Below are positions 12,175 to 26,090 of a DNA stretch of 43,080 nt, piece after piece (within the stretch, counting starts at the first letter, position 1; each line of letters begins with the position of its first letter). The translations under genes were made by a program, and so were the position numbers. The stretch comes from Candidatus Pelagibacteraceae bacterium (GTDB lineage Bacteria > Pseudomonadota > Alphaproteobacteria > Pelagibacterales > Pelagibacteraceae): assembly GCA_965655605.1 (NCBI GenBank), contig CBFHHD010000001.1, positions 1 through 43,080 on the forward strand, given 5' to 3'. The notes beneath the pieces were generated by a model. It had not been told where the DNA came from and did not search any database. It was given only the letters and a program-made list of their open reading frames with translations.

Positions 12175-14145
12175 ATGCTAGTTGATGTTTTATTACCACT
12201 AAATTTTTACCAACTATTTACATATAGTACTAGTGAGACTTTAGAAGCGGGAGATGTTGTAAGAGTATCTTTTAAAAATAAAGAAATAATTGGTGTAGTT
12301 TGGGTAGCGAATACAAAAGTAAATAATAAAAACATTAAGTTAAAAGAAGTAATTGAAAAAATATCATTTCCATCACTCTCAAAAAACAACCTCTATTTTA
12401 TTGATCAATTAGCAAATTATAATTTGATAAATCGCGGTCTAATTTTAAATTTATTTTTATACAAAAATGGATTTAAGAGTTTGGAAAAAGGCTTAAGAAA
12501 AATAAATAATTTTAAAAAATATTCTCCAGTTACACATCAGAAAAAAAAACTTAATAGTGAACAAAAAATAATTTATGAAAAAATTAAGAAAAAAATAAAT
12601 TTTAATTTATATTCCACAAGTTTAATACAGGGTGTCCCAGGTTCAGGAAAAACTCATATTTATTTTGAACTAATATCTGATGCATTAAACAAGGGTTACC
12701 AAGTTTTAGTAATGTTACCAGAAAAAGGGTTGAGTGAACAGATAGCTAAAAGATTTGAAGATTTTTTTAAATGCAAAGCTGCAATATGGCATTCAGGTAT
12801 AAAAGATAAATATAAAAAAGAAATATGGAAAGGAATTTTTAAAAATGAAATTAAATTAATACTTGGTGCAAGATCAGCAATGTTTTTGCCTTATCAAAAC
12901 TTAAAATTAATTATTATTGATGAAGAGCATGATAGTTCTTACAAGCAAGAAGAGGGTGTTGTGTTCAATGCGCGTGATATGTCAATTCTCAGAGCTTCTA
13001 TTGAGAAATTTCCAATTTTTTTAGTGAGTGCAACACCATCAGTAGAGACATATTATAATTGTAAAGTTAAAAAATATAGTCACTTCAATTTGTCCCAAAG
13101 ATACAATGAGTCAAAAATGCCTGAAGTAAGAACGGTTAAATTAAAAAAAGAAAATATTAGTAGTAATAATTTTATATCTTCAGAAATTGAGGAGGAAATA
13201 AAAAATTATTTAAAATCAGGTGATCAAGTTTTATTTTTTTTAAATCGTAGAGGCCATTCAACTTTTGTATTTTGTTATAAATGCATGAAAAGATTAGAAT
13301 GTCCAAAATGTTCAGTGGGTCTAGTTTACCATAAGAAAAATAATTTTGCCTTATGTCATTATTGTAATCATACAACTAAACTTAATAGAAAATGTAAAGA
13401 TGAACAAAAATGCGAATTTAAATTTTACGGTATAGGTTTAGAAAAAATATTTGAGGAAGTGAAAATAAAATTTAAAGGGGTAAAATCTGATATTTTATCA
13501 AGTGACTTAACAGACTATGAAAAATTTTCTGAACAATTAAAAAATATAGAAAATAATTATACTAAAATTATTGTAGCAACACAGATTGTAGCTAAAGGTT
13601 TTAATTTTAAAAATTTAAACTTAATCGTCGCAGTTAACTGTGATAGTAATTTTTTAGGCAATGACATTAGAGCTAGTGAAAAAAATTTTCAATTACTCTA
13701 TCAATTATCAGGAAGGGCCGGAAGGTTTAACAAGGACTCCAAAATTTTTCTCCAAACATTTGATGATAAAAATAAAATATTTGACTCTTTAAAAAATTTT
13801 GATGTAGATAATTTTTATGAAAATGAGATATCATTTAGGAAAAAAGCGTCATTACCTCCATTTAATAAATTCATCTCAATAGTTATTTCAGGAAAAAATT
13901 CTTTTAGTATTGAAAAATTTGCAATTGAGTTAAAGCAAAAATTGCCTGCAAATGAAATGATAAAAATATATGGACCTGTAAGTGCTGCGATTTCAAAAAT
14001 TAGGTCAGATTTCAGAGTTAGATTATTGATAAAATACAATCCGAAAGTTACACCTCAATCTCAAATTCAAAAAACTCTAAATTCCACGAAAATACCTAAA
14101 TATATAAAACTTTTAGTTGATGTTGATCCTCAGAATTTTGCTTAA
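12175..14145 (+). CDS. priA: Primosomal protein N' (replication restart helicase)
   Basis: GVPGSGKT, GARSA, IIDEEHD.SYKQ, SATPS, LNRRG, Cys-rich region, QLSGRAGR, C-terminal DVDP. Confidence 0.95.
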   Translation: MLVDVLLPLNFYQLFTYSTSETLEAGDVVRVSFKNKEIIGVVWVANTKVNNKNIKLKEVIEKISFPSLSKNNLYFIDQLANYNLINRGLILNLFLYKNGFKSLEKGLRKINNFKKYSPVTHQKKKLNSEQKIIYEKIKKKINFNLYSTSLIQGVPGSGKTHIYFELISDALNKGYQVLVMLPEKGLSEQIAKRFEDFFKCKAAIWHSGIKDKYKKEIWKGIFKNEIKLILGARSAMFLPYQNLKLIIIDEEHDSSYKQEEGVVFNARDMSILRASIEKFPIFLVSATPSVETYYNCKVKKYSHFNLSQRYNESKMPEVRTVKLKKENISSNNFISSEIEEEIKNYLKSGDQVLFFLNRRGHSTFVFCYKCMKRLECPKCSVGLVYHKKNNFALCHYCNHTTKLNRKCKDEQKCEFKFYGIGLEKIFEEVKIKFKGVKSDILSSDLTDYEKFSEQLKNIENNYTKIIVATQIVAKGFNFKNLNLIVAVNCDSNFLGNDIRASEKNFQLLYQLSGRAGRFNKDSKIFLQTFDDKNKIFDSLKNFDVDNFYENEISFRKKASLPPFNKFISIVISGKNSFSIEKFAIELKQKLPANEMIKIYGPVSAAISKIRSDFRVRLLIKYNPKVTPQSQIQKTLNSTKIPKYIKLLVDVDPQNFA

Positions 14146-14172
14146 TGATGACATCTTGTCCATGATATCAGC

Positions 14173-14201
14173 TTGATATGATCAGGTTCGAATGGTAATT
14201 A
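14173..14201 (+). promoter_or_regulatory. Putative sigma70 promoter of the F1 atp operon
   Basis: TTGATA-N17-TAATTA with TG at the extended -10 position; SD AAGGA at 14213-14217 before the TTG start. Confidence 0.45.
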
Positions 14202-14222
14202 CACGGCAAATAAAGGATAGTT

Positions 14223-14771
14223 TTGAGCCAAAATAACCAAAATTTTTCAGACGCAGCAGGAAGATATGCCCTATCTCTATTTGAAATAGGTAATGAAAAT
14301 AAAATACTTAATCAGATTGAAGATAATATCAATTTTATTCATAAGGCGTTCTCAGAATCAAAAGACTTTCAAAAATTTATAAGCAATCCAACTTTAAAAA
14401 AAATTGATAGAATTAATGTTATTAATGAGTTGAGTAAGAAAAATAACTTCAATGAAACCTTTACAAATTTTTTAAAAATTTTAGTAGAGAATAATAGAAT
14501 TTTTTTTCTAGAAAAAATTACCAATGATTTTAAAAAAATTGTTTCTAACTTTAAAGGTGAATTAGATGCAACAGTTTCAATGCCAACAAAAATGAATGAT
14601 AATCAGATTCAAGACATGGAAAAGATGTTGAATGATACTTTAAATAAAAAGGTAAACTTAGATTTTAAACTCGATAAAAGTTTGATATCTGGTGCAAAAA
14701 TACAAATTGGTAGCTTAATGGTTGATGACACTGCTAAAGCTAAATTTAACAAAATACTAAATAACTTGTAG
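14223..14771 (+). CDS. atpH: F1 ATP synthase delta subunit (TTG start)
   Basis: AGRYALSLF N-terminus, LVENNR, C-terminal D..LISG..IQIGSLMVD; first gene of the atpHAGDC order. Confidence 0.93.
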   Translation: MSQNNQNFSDAAGRYALSLFEIGNENKILNQIEDNINFIHKAFSESKDFQKFISNPTLKKIDRINVINELSKKNNFNETFTNFLKILVENNRIFFLEKITNDFKKIVSNFKGELDATVSMPTKMNDNQIQDMEKMLNDTLNKKVNLDFKLDKSLISGAKIQIGSLMVDDTAKAKFNKILNNL

Positions 14772-14780
14772 GAGAGAAAA

Positions 14781-16313
14781 ATGGATATTAACCCATCAGA
14801 AATAACAAAAGTAATAAAAGATCAAATCAAAAATTTTGGTAAAGATGCTGAAGTCTCAGAAGTAGGACAGGTATTAACTGTAGGTGATGGTATCGCAAGA
14901 ATTTATGGATTAGACAACGTTGAAGCAGGAGAAATGGTAGAGTTTTCAGAAGGCACTAAAGGAATGGCCTTGAACTTAGAGACAGATAACGTTGGAGTAG
15001 TTATTTTTGGTGATGACTCAAAAATTAAAGAAGGTGATACTGTAAAAAGAACTGGTGAAATTGTTGATGTACCAGTTGGAAAAGAATTACTTGGAAGAGT
15101 CGTCGATGGGTTGGGAAATCCAATTGATGGAAAAGGACCTATTAATTCTAAAGAAAGAAAAAGAGTTGAAGTTAAGGCTCCAGGGATTATTCCAAGAAAA
15201 TCTGTTAATGAGCCAATGCAAACAGGTTTGAAGGCAATAGACAGTTTAATTCCAATTGGAAGAGGTCAACGAGAATTAATTATTGGTGATAGACAAACAG
15301 GAAAAACAGCAATTGCAATCGATACGATTATAAATCAAAAAGAAATAAATAAATCTAGCGATGAATCAAAAAAATTATATTGTGTTTATGTAGCCATTGG
15401 TCAAAAAAGATCTACAGTTGCTCAGATTGTAAAAACCTTAGAAGATGCTGGGGCGATGGAATATTCAATAGTGGTTGCAGCAACCGCTTCAGATCCAGCA
15501 CCTTTACAATTCTTAGCTCCCTATACAGGTTGTACTATGGGTGAGTTTTTCCGAGATAATGGGATGCATGGACTAATTGTTTACGATGATTTATCAAAAC
15601 AAGCAGTTGCATATAGACAAATGTCATTACTATTAAGAAGACCTCCCGGAAGAGAAGCATTTCCTGGGGATGTTTTTTATTTACATAGTAGACTTTTAGA
15701 AAGAGCAGCAAAACTTAATGATGAGAATGGTGGTGGGTCGTTAACCGCACTTCCTATAATTGAGACGCAAGCAAGTGATGTATCTGCATACATACCAACA
15801 AATGTAATTTCTATCACCGATGGACAAATATTTTTAGAGACAGAGTTATTTTTCCAAGGAGTTAGACCTGCAGTAAACGTTGGTATTTCAGTATCTAGAG
15901 TTGGGTCTGCTGCTCAAATTAAAGCTATGAAGCAAGTAGCTGGAACTATCAAATTAGAGCTTGCACAATATAGAGAAATGGCAGCCTTTGCTCAGTTTGG
16001 ATCTGATTTAGACGCTTCAACACAGCAGTTATTAAACAGAGGAGCAAAACTGACTGAGCTACTAAAACAAGGACAATACTCACCTTTAAAAGTCGAAGAA
16101 CAAGTAATTTCAATTTATTGTGGTGTTAATGGATATCTTGATGATTTGGACACTTCAAAAATCAGTGATTTTGAAAGTCAGGTGTTAAGCTCTATTAAGT
16201 CACAAGCACCAGATATTTTAACAAATATTCTTAGTTCAGGAAAACTAGACGAAGAAAATGAAAATAAACTTAAGGAATTTTTACAGAATTTTAAAAAGGA
16301 ATTTGTAAAATAG
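14781..16313 (+). CDS. atpA: F1 ATP synthase alpha subunit
   Basis: [35 protein letters not shown]; SD GGAG. Confidence 0.99.
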   Translation: MDINPSEITKVIKDQIKNFGKDAEVSEVGQVLTVGDGIARIYGLDNVEAGEMVEFSEGTKGMALNLETDNVGVVIFGDDSKIKEGDTVKRTGEIVDVPVGKELLGRVVDGLGNPIDGKGPINSKERKRVEVKAPGIIPRKSVNEPMQTGLKAIDSLIPIGRGQRELIIGDRQTGKTAIAIDTIINQKEINKSSDESKKLYCVYVAIGQKRSTVAQIVKTLEDAGAMEYSIVVAATASDPAPLQFLAPYTGCTMGEFFRDNGMHGLIVYDDLSKQAVAYRQMSLLLRRPPGREAFPGDVFYLHSRLLERAAKLNDENGGGSLTALPIIETQASDVSAYIPTNVISITDGQIFLETELFFQGVRPAVNVGISVSRVGSAAQIKAMKQVAGTIKLELAQYREMAAFAQFGSDLDASTQQLLNRGAKLTELLKQGQYSPLKVEEQVISIYCGVNGYLDDLDTSKISDFESQVLSSIKSQAPDILTNILSSGKLDEENENKLKEFLQNFKKEFVK

Positions 16314-16317
16314 TTTA

Positions 16318-17199
16318 ATGCCAAGTTTAAAAGATCTTAGAAATAGAATAACGAGTGTTAAGTCTACTCAGAAAATCACCAAAGCTATGAAAATGGTGGC
16401 TGCAGCAAAGTTGAGAAAAGCTCAAGAAAGTGCAGAAAAGGGAAGAGCGTATTCAGACAAAATGAATCAAATTATAAATAATTTAAAAAATTCGATTACT
16501 GATAAATCTTCTGCCCCAAAATTATTGGCTGGTAACGGAAAAGATCAAGTTCATTTATGTCTAGTAATGACAGCTGATAGAGGTTTATGTGGTGGTTTTA
16601 ATACTAATATTTGTAAAAAGGCTCGAAGTTTTTTTAATAAAATTCTTAGTGAAAATAAAACCTTAAAAATAATTACTGTTGGGTCTAAAGGATCTGATCA
16701 ATTAAAGAGAAATTTTAAAAGTCATATTATAGAACAGATAAGTTATAAAAACTTAAAAACTATAACTGTAAATGAAGCATACGAATTAACTTCCAAAATA
16801 ATTTCAATGTACGGCAAAGAAGAGTTTGATGTTTGCACGATATTCTATAATAAATTTAAATCTGTTATTTCCCAAGAACCTCAAGCACAACAGATTATAC
16901 CCGTAGATGACGATAATCATGCTAATGATACAGATTCATTAGATACTCAATATGAATTTGAGCCAGAGGAAGCTGAAATTTTGGAACATTTGTTGCCGCA
17001 AAACATGACAACACAAATATTTAAAGCTTTTTTAGAAAATGCAGCAAGTGAACAGGGATCTAGAATGTCGGCAATGGATAGTGCAACGAGAAATGCCGGT
17101 GATTTAATTGATAAATTAACTATTAACTATAACAGAAGTAGACAAGCCGTTATTACCAAGGAATTAATAGAAATTATTTCTGGTGCGGAGTCGTTATAA
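16318..17199 (+). CDS. atpG: F1 ATP synthase gamma subunit
   Basis: KITKAMKMVAAAK, DRGLCGGFN, SEQGSRMSAMDSAT.NA, RQAVITKELIEIISGA. Confidence 0.98.
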   Translation: MPSLKDLRNRITSVKSTQKITKAMKMVAAAKLRKAQESAEKGRAYSDKMNQIINNLKNSITDKSSAPKLLAGNGKDQVHLCLVMTADRGLCGGFNTNICKKARSFFNKILSENKTLKIITVGSKGSDQLKRNFKSHIIEQISYKNLKTITVNEAYELTSKIISMYGKEEFDVCTIFYNKFKSVISQEPQAQQIIPVDDDNHANDTDSLDTQYEFEPEEAEILEHLLPQNMTTQIFKAFLENAASEQGSRMSAMDSATRNAGDLIDKLTINYNRSRQAVITKELIEIISGAESL

Positions 17200-17209
17200 A
17201 AGGAGATAA

Positions 17210-18634
<1,425 letters not shown>

Positions 18635-18637
18635 ATT

Positions 18638-19021
18638 ATGCAAGTTGATATTGTAACACCAGAAAAAATACTGTTATCAGATAAAGATATCACCATGGTA
18701 ACTGTGCCAGGAATAGAAGGGCAGATGGGTATCTTAGATGATCATTTGCCTGTGGTAACTTTTTTAAAACCAGGTGTCATTAATGTTGAGGCTTCAGAAA
18801 AAAAATATTTTTTTACTACTGGTGGAGTTGTAGATTTTAAAAATAATTCTCTAAGTATTCTTTGCCAAGAAATTTTTGATGTTAAGGATTTAACTGATGA
18901 AAAAATTAATGAATTAAAGAAAAGAGCCACAAAAAAAATTGAAGATAGCGATGCGACAGATCATGATTTATTCACTTCGAACTCAACAATAGATGAGTTA
19001 AATTTACTCCAATCTAAATAA
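18638..19021 (+). CDS. atpC: F1 ATP synthase epsilon subunit
   Basis: IVTPEK, PGIEGQMGIL..H, GG motif; last gene of the operon. Confidence 0.93.
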   Translation: MQVDIVTPEKILLSDKDITMVTVPGIEGQMGILDDHLPVVTFLKPGVINVEASEKKYFFTTGGVVDFKNNSLSILCQEIFDVKDLTDEKINELKKRATKKIEDSDATDHDLFTSNSTIDELNLLQSK

Positions 19022-19481
19022 AACTCCTAAACTCCTCTATTACTGATTGGTATAATATTTTTTTAAATGGAACTATTAAACTTGGCAATTCATCCAAGTC
19101 GACCCACTTCCATTCATTGAACTCAGGGTGATCTTGATTAATGTTTATTTCACTATCAGGACCTAAAAATTTTACTAAATACCAGCTTTGTTTTTGACCT
19201 TTGTATTTGCCTTTCCAAATTTTTCCAAGGAGATGGTCTGGTAAATCATAGTAATATTCTTTTTTGGATCTTTGTATTATGCGTATTGATTGGATTCCAG
19301 TTTCTTCAAACAATTCTCTTTTTGCTGCATCATCTGTATCTTCATTTTTATCAATTCCACCTTGTGGCATTTGCCAAGCTTTTTGATTATCAATTCTTTT
19401 TCCTACAAAAATTTTTTTATCATCATTATACACCATGATACCGACGCCATTTCTATAAGGAAGGTTCTTTAACTTATTCAT
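19014..19481 (-). CDS. rppH: RNA pyrophosphohydrolase (Nudix)
   Basis: YRNGVG, WQMPQGGID, Nudix box AAKRELFEETG, GQKQ.W, IVPFKK. Confidence 0.93.
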   Translation of the reverse strand: MNKLKNLPYRNGVGIMVYNDDKKIFVGKRIDNQKAWQMPQGGIDKNEDTDDAAKRELFEETGIQSIRIIQRSKKEYYYDLPDHLLGKIWKGKYKGQKQSWYLVKFLGPDSEININQDHPEFNEWKWVDLDELPSLIVPFKKILYQSVIEEFRSFI

Positions 19482-20617
19482 GATGCCTGAAGTAATTCAA
19501 TGGCATATTCTAATTGATTATCAGTTTTGGTATTAATTTTAAAATCTTCTTTATTTTTCTTTATCGTAATATCAGGCTCAACACCCTTTTCGTGAATTGA
19601 TTCTCCAGATGGTAAATAATATTTAGCAGTAGTTAATCTTAAACCGCCTCTATTCTTTAAAGGTATGATAGATTGTACCGACCCTTTCCCAAAACTTTTT
19701 TCTCCGATTAAGATAGCACGTTTGTGATCTTTTAATGCTCCAGAAACAATTTCCGAAGCAGATGCAGAGCCTTTATTAATTAAAACTATCAAAGGTTTAT
19801 TTTTTATTTCATCACCTTTTCTAGCATTAAATATTTTAATATCCCTCTGGTCCCTACCTCTTGTAGAAACGACTTCTCCTCCATCTAAAAATGCACCAGT
19901 TATTTTGATAGCTTGTGAAAGAAGGCCGCCTGGATTGTTCCTTAAATCAAGAATATAGCCATCAAGTTTATTTTTATCTAATTTATTGAGTTTCTTGACT
20001 AATTGAGAGTGACTTTGCTCATTAAAGGCTCGTAACCTTATATATCCAACATTTTTTTTAGCCTCAACAGACACCTCTCTAATTTTAATTATTCCTCTTG
20101 TAATTTTAAATTTTAACTCATCTTCTACCTCAGCACGCCTAACGGTAATTTGAATGCTTGTGCCAATTTCCCCTCTCATGAGTTTTACAGCGTCCATCAA
20201 ACTCATTCCTTTGACCTGTTTATTGTTAATTTTTACAATATAGTCACCAGCTTCCACTCCTGCCTTATCAGCTGGCGTGCCTTCGATGGGAGTTATTATT
20301 TTAACTAACCCTGCCTCCATGGTAATTTCTATTCCAAGACCACCAAATTCTCCCTTGGTATCATCATTCATGTTTCTGAAGGTTTCTGGGCTCATGTATG
20401 AGGAGTAAGGATCTAAAGATTGCAACATTCCATTAATAGCAGAGTCTATAACTTCACTTTGCTCAACCTCATCAACATACTCTTGCTTTAACGTATTAAG
20501 AACATCACTAAAAAGATCTAATTTTTCATATAATTTATCAGATGGGTTTGATATTGCGTTTGTTTGACAAATAAATAAAATTGAAATTATAAATAAAATA
20601 TTTTTCGAAATTGACAC
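19478..20617 (-). CDS. ctpA: Carboxyl-terminal processing protease (S41A, PDZ)
   Basis: LDPYS, PDZ GLGI, LDLRNNPGG, SASASEI, FGKGSVQ. Likely start is the GTG at 20617 overlapping the rlmH TAG, followed by a signal-like hydrophobic stretch; ORF track starts at 20677. Confidence 0.9.
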   Translation of the reverse strand: MSISKNILFIISILFICQTNAISNPSDKLYEKLDLFSDVLNTLKQEYVDEVEQSEVIDSAINGMLQSLDPYSSYMSPETFRNMNDDTKGEFGGLGIEITMEAGLVKIITPIEGTPADKAGVEAGDYIVKINNKQVKGMSLMDAVKLMRGEIGTSIQITVRRAEVEDELKFKITRGIIKIREVSVEAKKNVGYIRLRAFNEQSHSQLVKKLNKLDKNKLDGYILDLRNNPGGLLSQAIKITGAFLDGGEVVSTRGRDQRDIKIFNARKGDEIKNKPLIVLINKGSASASEIVSGALKDHKRAILIGEKSFGKGSVQSIIPLKNRGGLRLTTAKYYLPSGESIHEKGVEPDITIKKNKEDFKINTKTDNQLEYAIELLQAS

Positions 20618-21054
20618 TAATTTTTGTGATAAGGATGATTTGTTAATATAGTTGCACATCTGTATATCTGTTCGCACAACAGCACTCTAACCAAAGAGTG
20701 AGGAAAAGTCATCTTACCTAGTGATATTTTTTCGAATTTATCAACATTTTCAGTATATCCACTTGGTTTACCAATATAAAAATATAAATTCTCAATTCTT
20801 TTGTTGTTAAGCTCTAATAATTTATTTGCCATATCTTTTGTTGTTAAATTAACCCCACGTTCATCAAGAACTAAATTTTTTGAATTTTTGTTTTTATAAA
20901 TGTTGTTTTGAATTTTATTTTGAGAAATTTTCTTTACTTGTATATCTAATATACCACTCTCTTTTAGTGACAAAGTTCTTCTAATATATTTTTCACAAAG
21001 CATGTTCTCATCTCCTTTATTAAGGCGACCTTCACACATAATATAAATTTTCAT
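20617..21054 (-). CDS. rlmH: 23S rRNA pseudouridine1915 N3-methyltransferase (SPOUT)
   Basis: VLDERG, SLGKMTFPHSLVRVLLCEQIYR, HPYHK; ATG at 21054 overlaps the rsfS stop (TAATG). Confidence 0.9.
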   Translation of the reverse strand: MKIYIMCEGRLNKGDENMLCEKYIRRTLSLKESGILDIQVKKISQNKIQNNIYKNKNSKNLVLDERGVNLTTKDMANKLLELNNKRIENLYFYIGKPSGYTENVDKFEKISLGKMTFPHSLVRVLLCEQIYRCATILTNHPYHKN

Positions 21055-21401
21055 TAAACGGTAATTTGCTGTTTTGGCAATATATCTTCCCACATTTTTT
21101 CTAAATTATAAGAAGATCTTTTTTCAGGATGAAAGATATGAATAACTACTTCAATTGCATCAATTAATTTCCAATCATCACTATCTCTACCTTCAATTTT
21201 ACAATTTTCAATTCCAAGCCCCTTTAATTTTTGTGCAGTAATTTCTGAAATTGATTGGATGTGTCTTGATGATGTTCCGCTCGCAATCACCATAAAATCA
21301 GCAATAGAACTTTTGTCTTTGAGATCAATTATTACTATGTTTTGAGCTTTATTATCATCTAAGATTTTTTGGACCTGATGTATTAAATTATTTTTTGTCA
21401 A
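21054..21401 (-). CDS. rsfS: Ribosome silencing factor (Iojap), TTG start
   Basis: DDNKAQNI, ADFMVIASGTSSRH, W.LID, HIF...R..YNLEKMW. Confidence 0.93.
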   Translation of the reverse strand: MTKNNLIHQVQKILDDNKAQNIVIIDLKDKSSIADFMVIASGTSSRHIQSISEITAQKLKGLGIENCKIEGRDSDDWKLIDAIEVVIHIFHPEKRSSYNLEKMWEDILPKQQITV

Positions 21402-21408
21402 AATATTT

Positions 21409-21987
21409 TCAAGAATTCTTATTTTTATATAATCTATTTTTAATGTTTGATGAAGATATATTTAAACCTTTATCTTTAATATAAAACCAAGAATTTTCTT
21501 CAATAATGGTACTTTTGTCATATTTTTTTAATAAATAATTCTTATACTTTTTGAAGAAAATTGATTTTTTCACTCCACTTTCGTATCCGGGTCTACTTAT
21601 GAAAACTACTGTTGTCATTTTTAAAATTTTTTCATAATTTTTCCATTTATGAAAATTTTTTATATTGTCGGTACCAACTAAGAAGAAAAATGTTTTATTC
21701 TTAAATTTTTTTTTAAGCCTCTTTACTAATTGGAAAGAAAATTTTTTATCAAAGTTATTGATAAATACTTTTTTAGACTTCTTTGTTATTTTTTTTAATA
21801 ATTCAATTCTCTGATTATAGTTGTAATAATAATTTTTTTTTATTAGTGGATTTGTCTTAGAGACTGACCATATAACTTTTTGCAAATTAAATGTTTTAAG
21901 AAAAACATTTGATATATGCAAATGTCCTTTATGAGGTGGGTCAAAAGACCCTCCAAATATGCCAATTTTATTATTTTTATTTCTCAA
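21409..21987 (-). CDS. nadD: Nicotinate-nucleotide adenylyltransferase
   Basis: GGSFDPPHKGH, GTDN...FHKW, ISSS.IK; proA-nadD-rsfS-rlmH synteny. Confidence 0.9.
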   Translation of the reverse strand: MRNKNNKIGIFGGSFDPPHKGHLHISNVFLKTFNLQKVIWSVSKTNPLIKKNYYYNYNQRIELLKKITKKSKKVFINNFDKKFSFQLVKRLKKKFKNKTFFFLVGTDNIKNFHKWKNYEKILKMTTVVFISRPGYESGVKKSIFFKKYKNYLLKKYDKSTIIEENSWFYIKDKGLNISSSNIKNRLYKNKNS

Positions 21988-23242
21988 GGCCTAATATTGT
22001 TTTTTCCATTTACAATATATTTATAAGTAACTAGTTGCTCTAGCCCAACTGGTCCTCTTGGGTGCATTTTGTTGGTCGATATACCAACTTCAGAACCAAG
22101 TCCAAACTCATAACCATCCGCAAATTGTGTTGAGGCATTTACCATTACAATTGAACTATTAATATTTTTAGTAAATTTGTTAATAGCGTTCTTATCTTCA
22201 GAAATTATACATTCAGTATGATTAGTCCCATACTTTTTGATATGAATAATTGCATCATTAATATCATCTACTAACTTTACAGAAATTTTAGCATCAAGGT
22301 ATTCGGTACTCCAGTCCTTTTCTTTTGCCAGCTTAGCTTTACTGTAAATTTTTTTAATATTATTATCACCAATGATCTCACAGCCACTCTCTTTTAAGGT
22401 GGTTAGTATTTGTAGAATTGATTTTTTATTTATTGACTTGTTTATTAGTAAAGTTTCTGCTGCTCCACAAATACTAGTTCTTCGAAGTTTAGCGTTAATA
22501 ATAATTTTAAGAGCATTTTTAATTTTAAATTTTTTATCGAGGTAAATATGGCAAAGCCCTTCCAAATGCCCAATAGTTGGAACATTTGATAAATCTAAAA
22601 CCTTCTTTACCAATCCTTTGCCTCCTCTTGGTATTATAATATCAATATAATTTGACATTTTAGATAACATTAAATCAACGATTGCTCGATCGGTATTATT
22701 AATTAATTGTATGCAGTCTTGACTAACTTTTTTTTGTTTTAATGATGATCTAAACAAATTTGATATTGCAATATTAGATTTTATTGCCTCTTTACCACCT
22801 CTTAAAATTGCACAATTTCCAGATTTAAAACTTAAAATAGAGACATCGGAAGTTACATTTGGTCTTGCCTCGTAAATTACGCCAAGTACACCTATAGGAA
22901 TAGTTACACGATTAATTTCAAGTCCGTTTGGCCTCTTCCATTTAGCAATTATTTTATGTGATGGATCCTTGAAAGAGATAACTTCTTCAATAGAGTTTAG
23001 TATTGATTTAATTCGGTCCTTATTTAATAGGGTTCTATCGATTAAATTTTCTGAAATTTTATTCTTTTTACTATTTAATACATCTGTTTTGTTAGCTTTA
23101 AGAATTAAATTTGTATTACTTTTAATCTTAGAATGAAAGACTTGTAATACTTCATTTTTTTTCTTTTCGGATAAATTAGATAAACTTTCAGATGCTAGTT
23201 TAGCTTTTTTTCCAAGTACTTTAATATATTCAAGTTTATTCA

Positions 23243-23243
<1 letters not shown>
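21984..23243 (-). CDS. proA: Gamma-glutamyl phosphate reductase
   Basis: IYEARPNVT, RGGKEA, IPRGG, CGAAE, NASTQFADG, HPRGPVGL. Confidence 0.96.
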
Positions 23244-25335
<2,092 letters not shown>

Positions 25336-25362
25336 TTAAGAGTAATGTCTTAATTAAATATT

Positions 25363-25617
25363 TTAGTGTGGAACTACAGAAATAAAGGTTTTATTAAATT
25401 TCTTTTTTTGAAATTTTACAACTCCTTGAATTTTTGAAAATATTGTATGGTCTCTTCCCATACCTACATTTTCACCTGGGTACATCTTAGTACCTCTTTG
25501 TCTTAAAATAATATTGCCAGGTATAACTTTTTGACCACCATACTTTTTGACTCCGAGTCTACGGCCTTCACTGTCTCTGCCGTTTTTCGATGATCCACCT
25601 GCTTTTTTAGTTGCCAT
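25363..25617 (-). CDS. rpmA: 50S ribosomal protein L27
   Basis: [29 protein letters not shown]. Confidence 0.98.
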   Translation of the reverse strand: MATKKAGGSSKNGRDSEGRRLGVKKYGGQKVIPGNIILRQRGTKMYPGENVGMGRDHTIFSKIQGVVKFQKKKFNKTFISVVPH

Positions 25618-25634
25618 AATTTTTTAAACTTTAA

Positions 25635-26027
25635 CTAAGCACTTTTCTTAGTATCAGTTTCTTCTTTTTTAGCTTTAGTTACTGGTTTAGCTTCTGAAAT
25701 TAATTTGCCGCCTTTACCAAAAATTTTTGTAATTTCTATAACACTCACTTTTTGTCTATGACCGTTTTTTCTTCTTGAATTATGTCTTCTTCTTTTTTTA
25801 AAAATTAATACCGTCTTATTTTTTGTTTGGTTAACAATTTTTGCTTCTACTTTCGCACCTTCAACTAAAGGTGAACCTAATGCCATCTCTTTGTCATCAT
25901 TCACAAGCAGCACTTCTTTAAATTCTACAGAGTCGCCTTCATTTTCTGGAAGTTTTTCAATTCTTAGTTTATCACTAGTACTTACTTTGTACTGTTTTCC
26001 ACCTGTATTGATAATAGCAAAAGTCAT
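25635..26027 (-). CDS. rplU: 50S ribosomal protein L21 with short charged C-terminal extension
   Basis: FAIINTGGKQYKV, FKKRRR, GHRQ; start reassigned to ATG 26027 (MTFAII). Confidence 0.96.
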   Translation of the reverse strand: MTFAIINTGGKQYKVSTSDKLRIEKLPENEGDSVEFKEVLLVNDDKEMALGSPLVEGAKVEAKIVNQTKNKTVLIFKKRRRHNSRRKNGHRQKVSVIEITKIFGKGGKLISEAKPVTKAKKEETDTKKSA

Positions 26028-26043
26028 AATTTTAAGTAGGCGC

Positions 26044-26071
26044 AATATAGCCACCGACTTAGTTATGTCAA
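26044..26071 (-). promoter_or_regulatory. Putative sigma70 promoter for rplU-rpmA
   Basis: Minus strand reads CTTGACA-N16-TATATT, close to the alphaproteobacterial CTTGAC..CTATAT pattern. Confidence 0.55.
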
Positions 26072-26090
26072 GGAGACTATAGTAATAATT

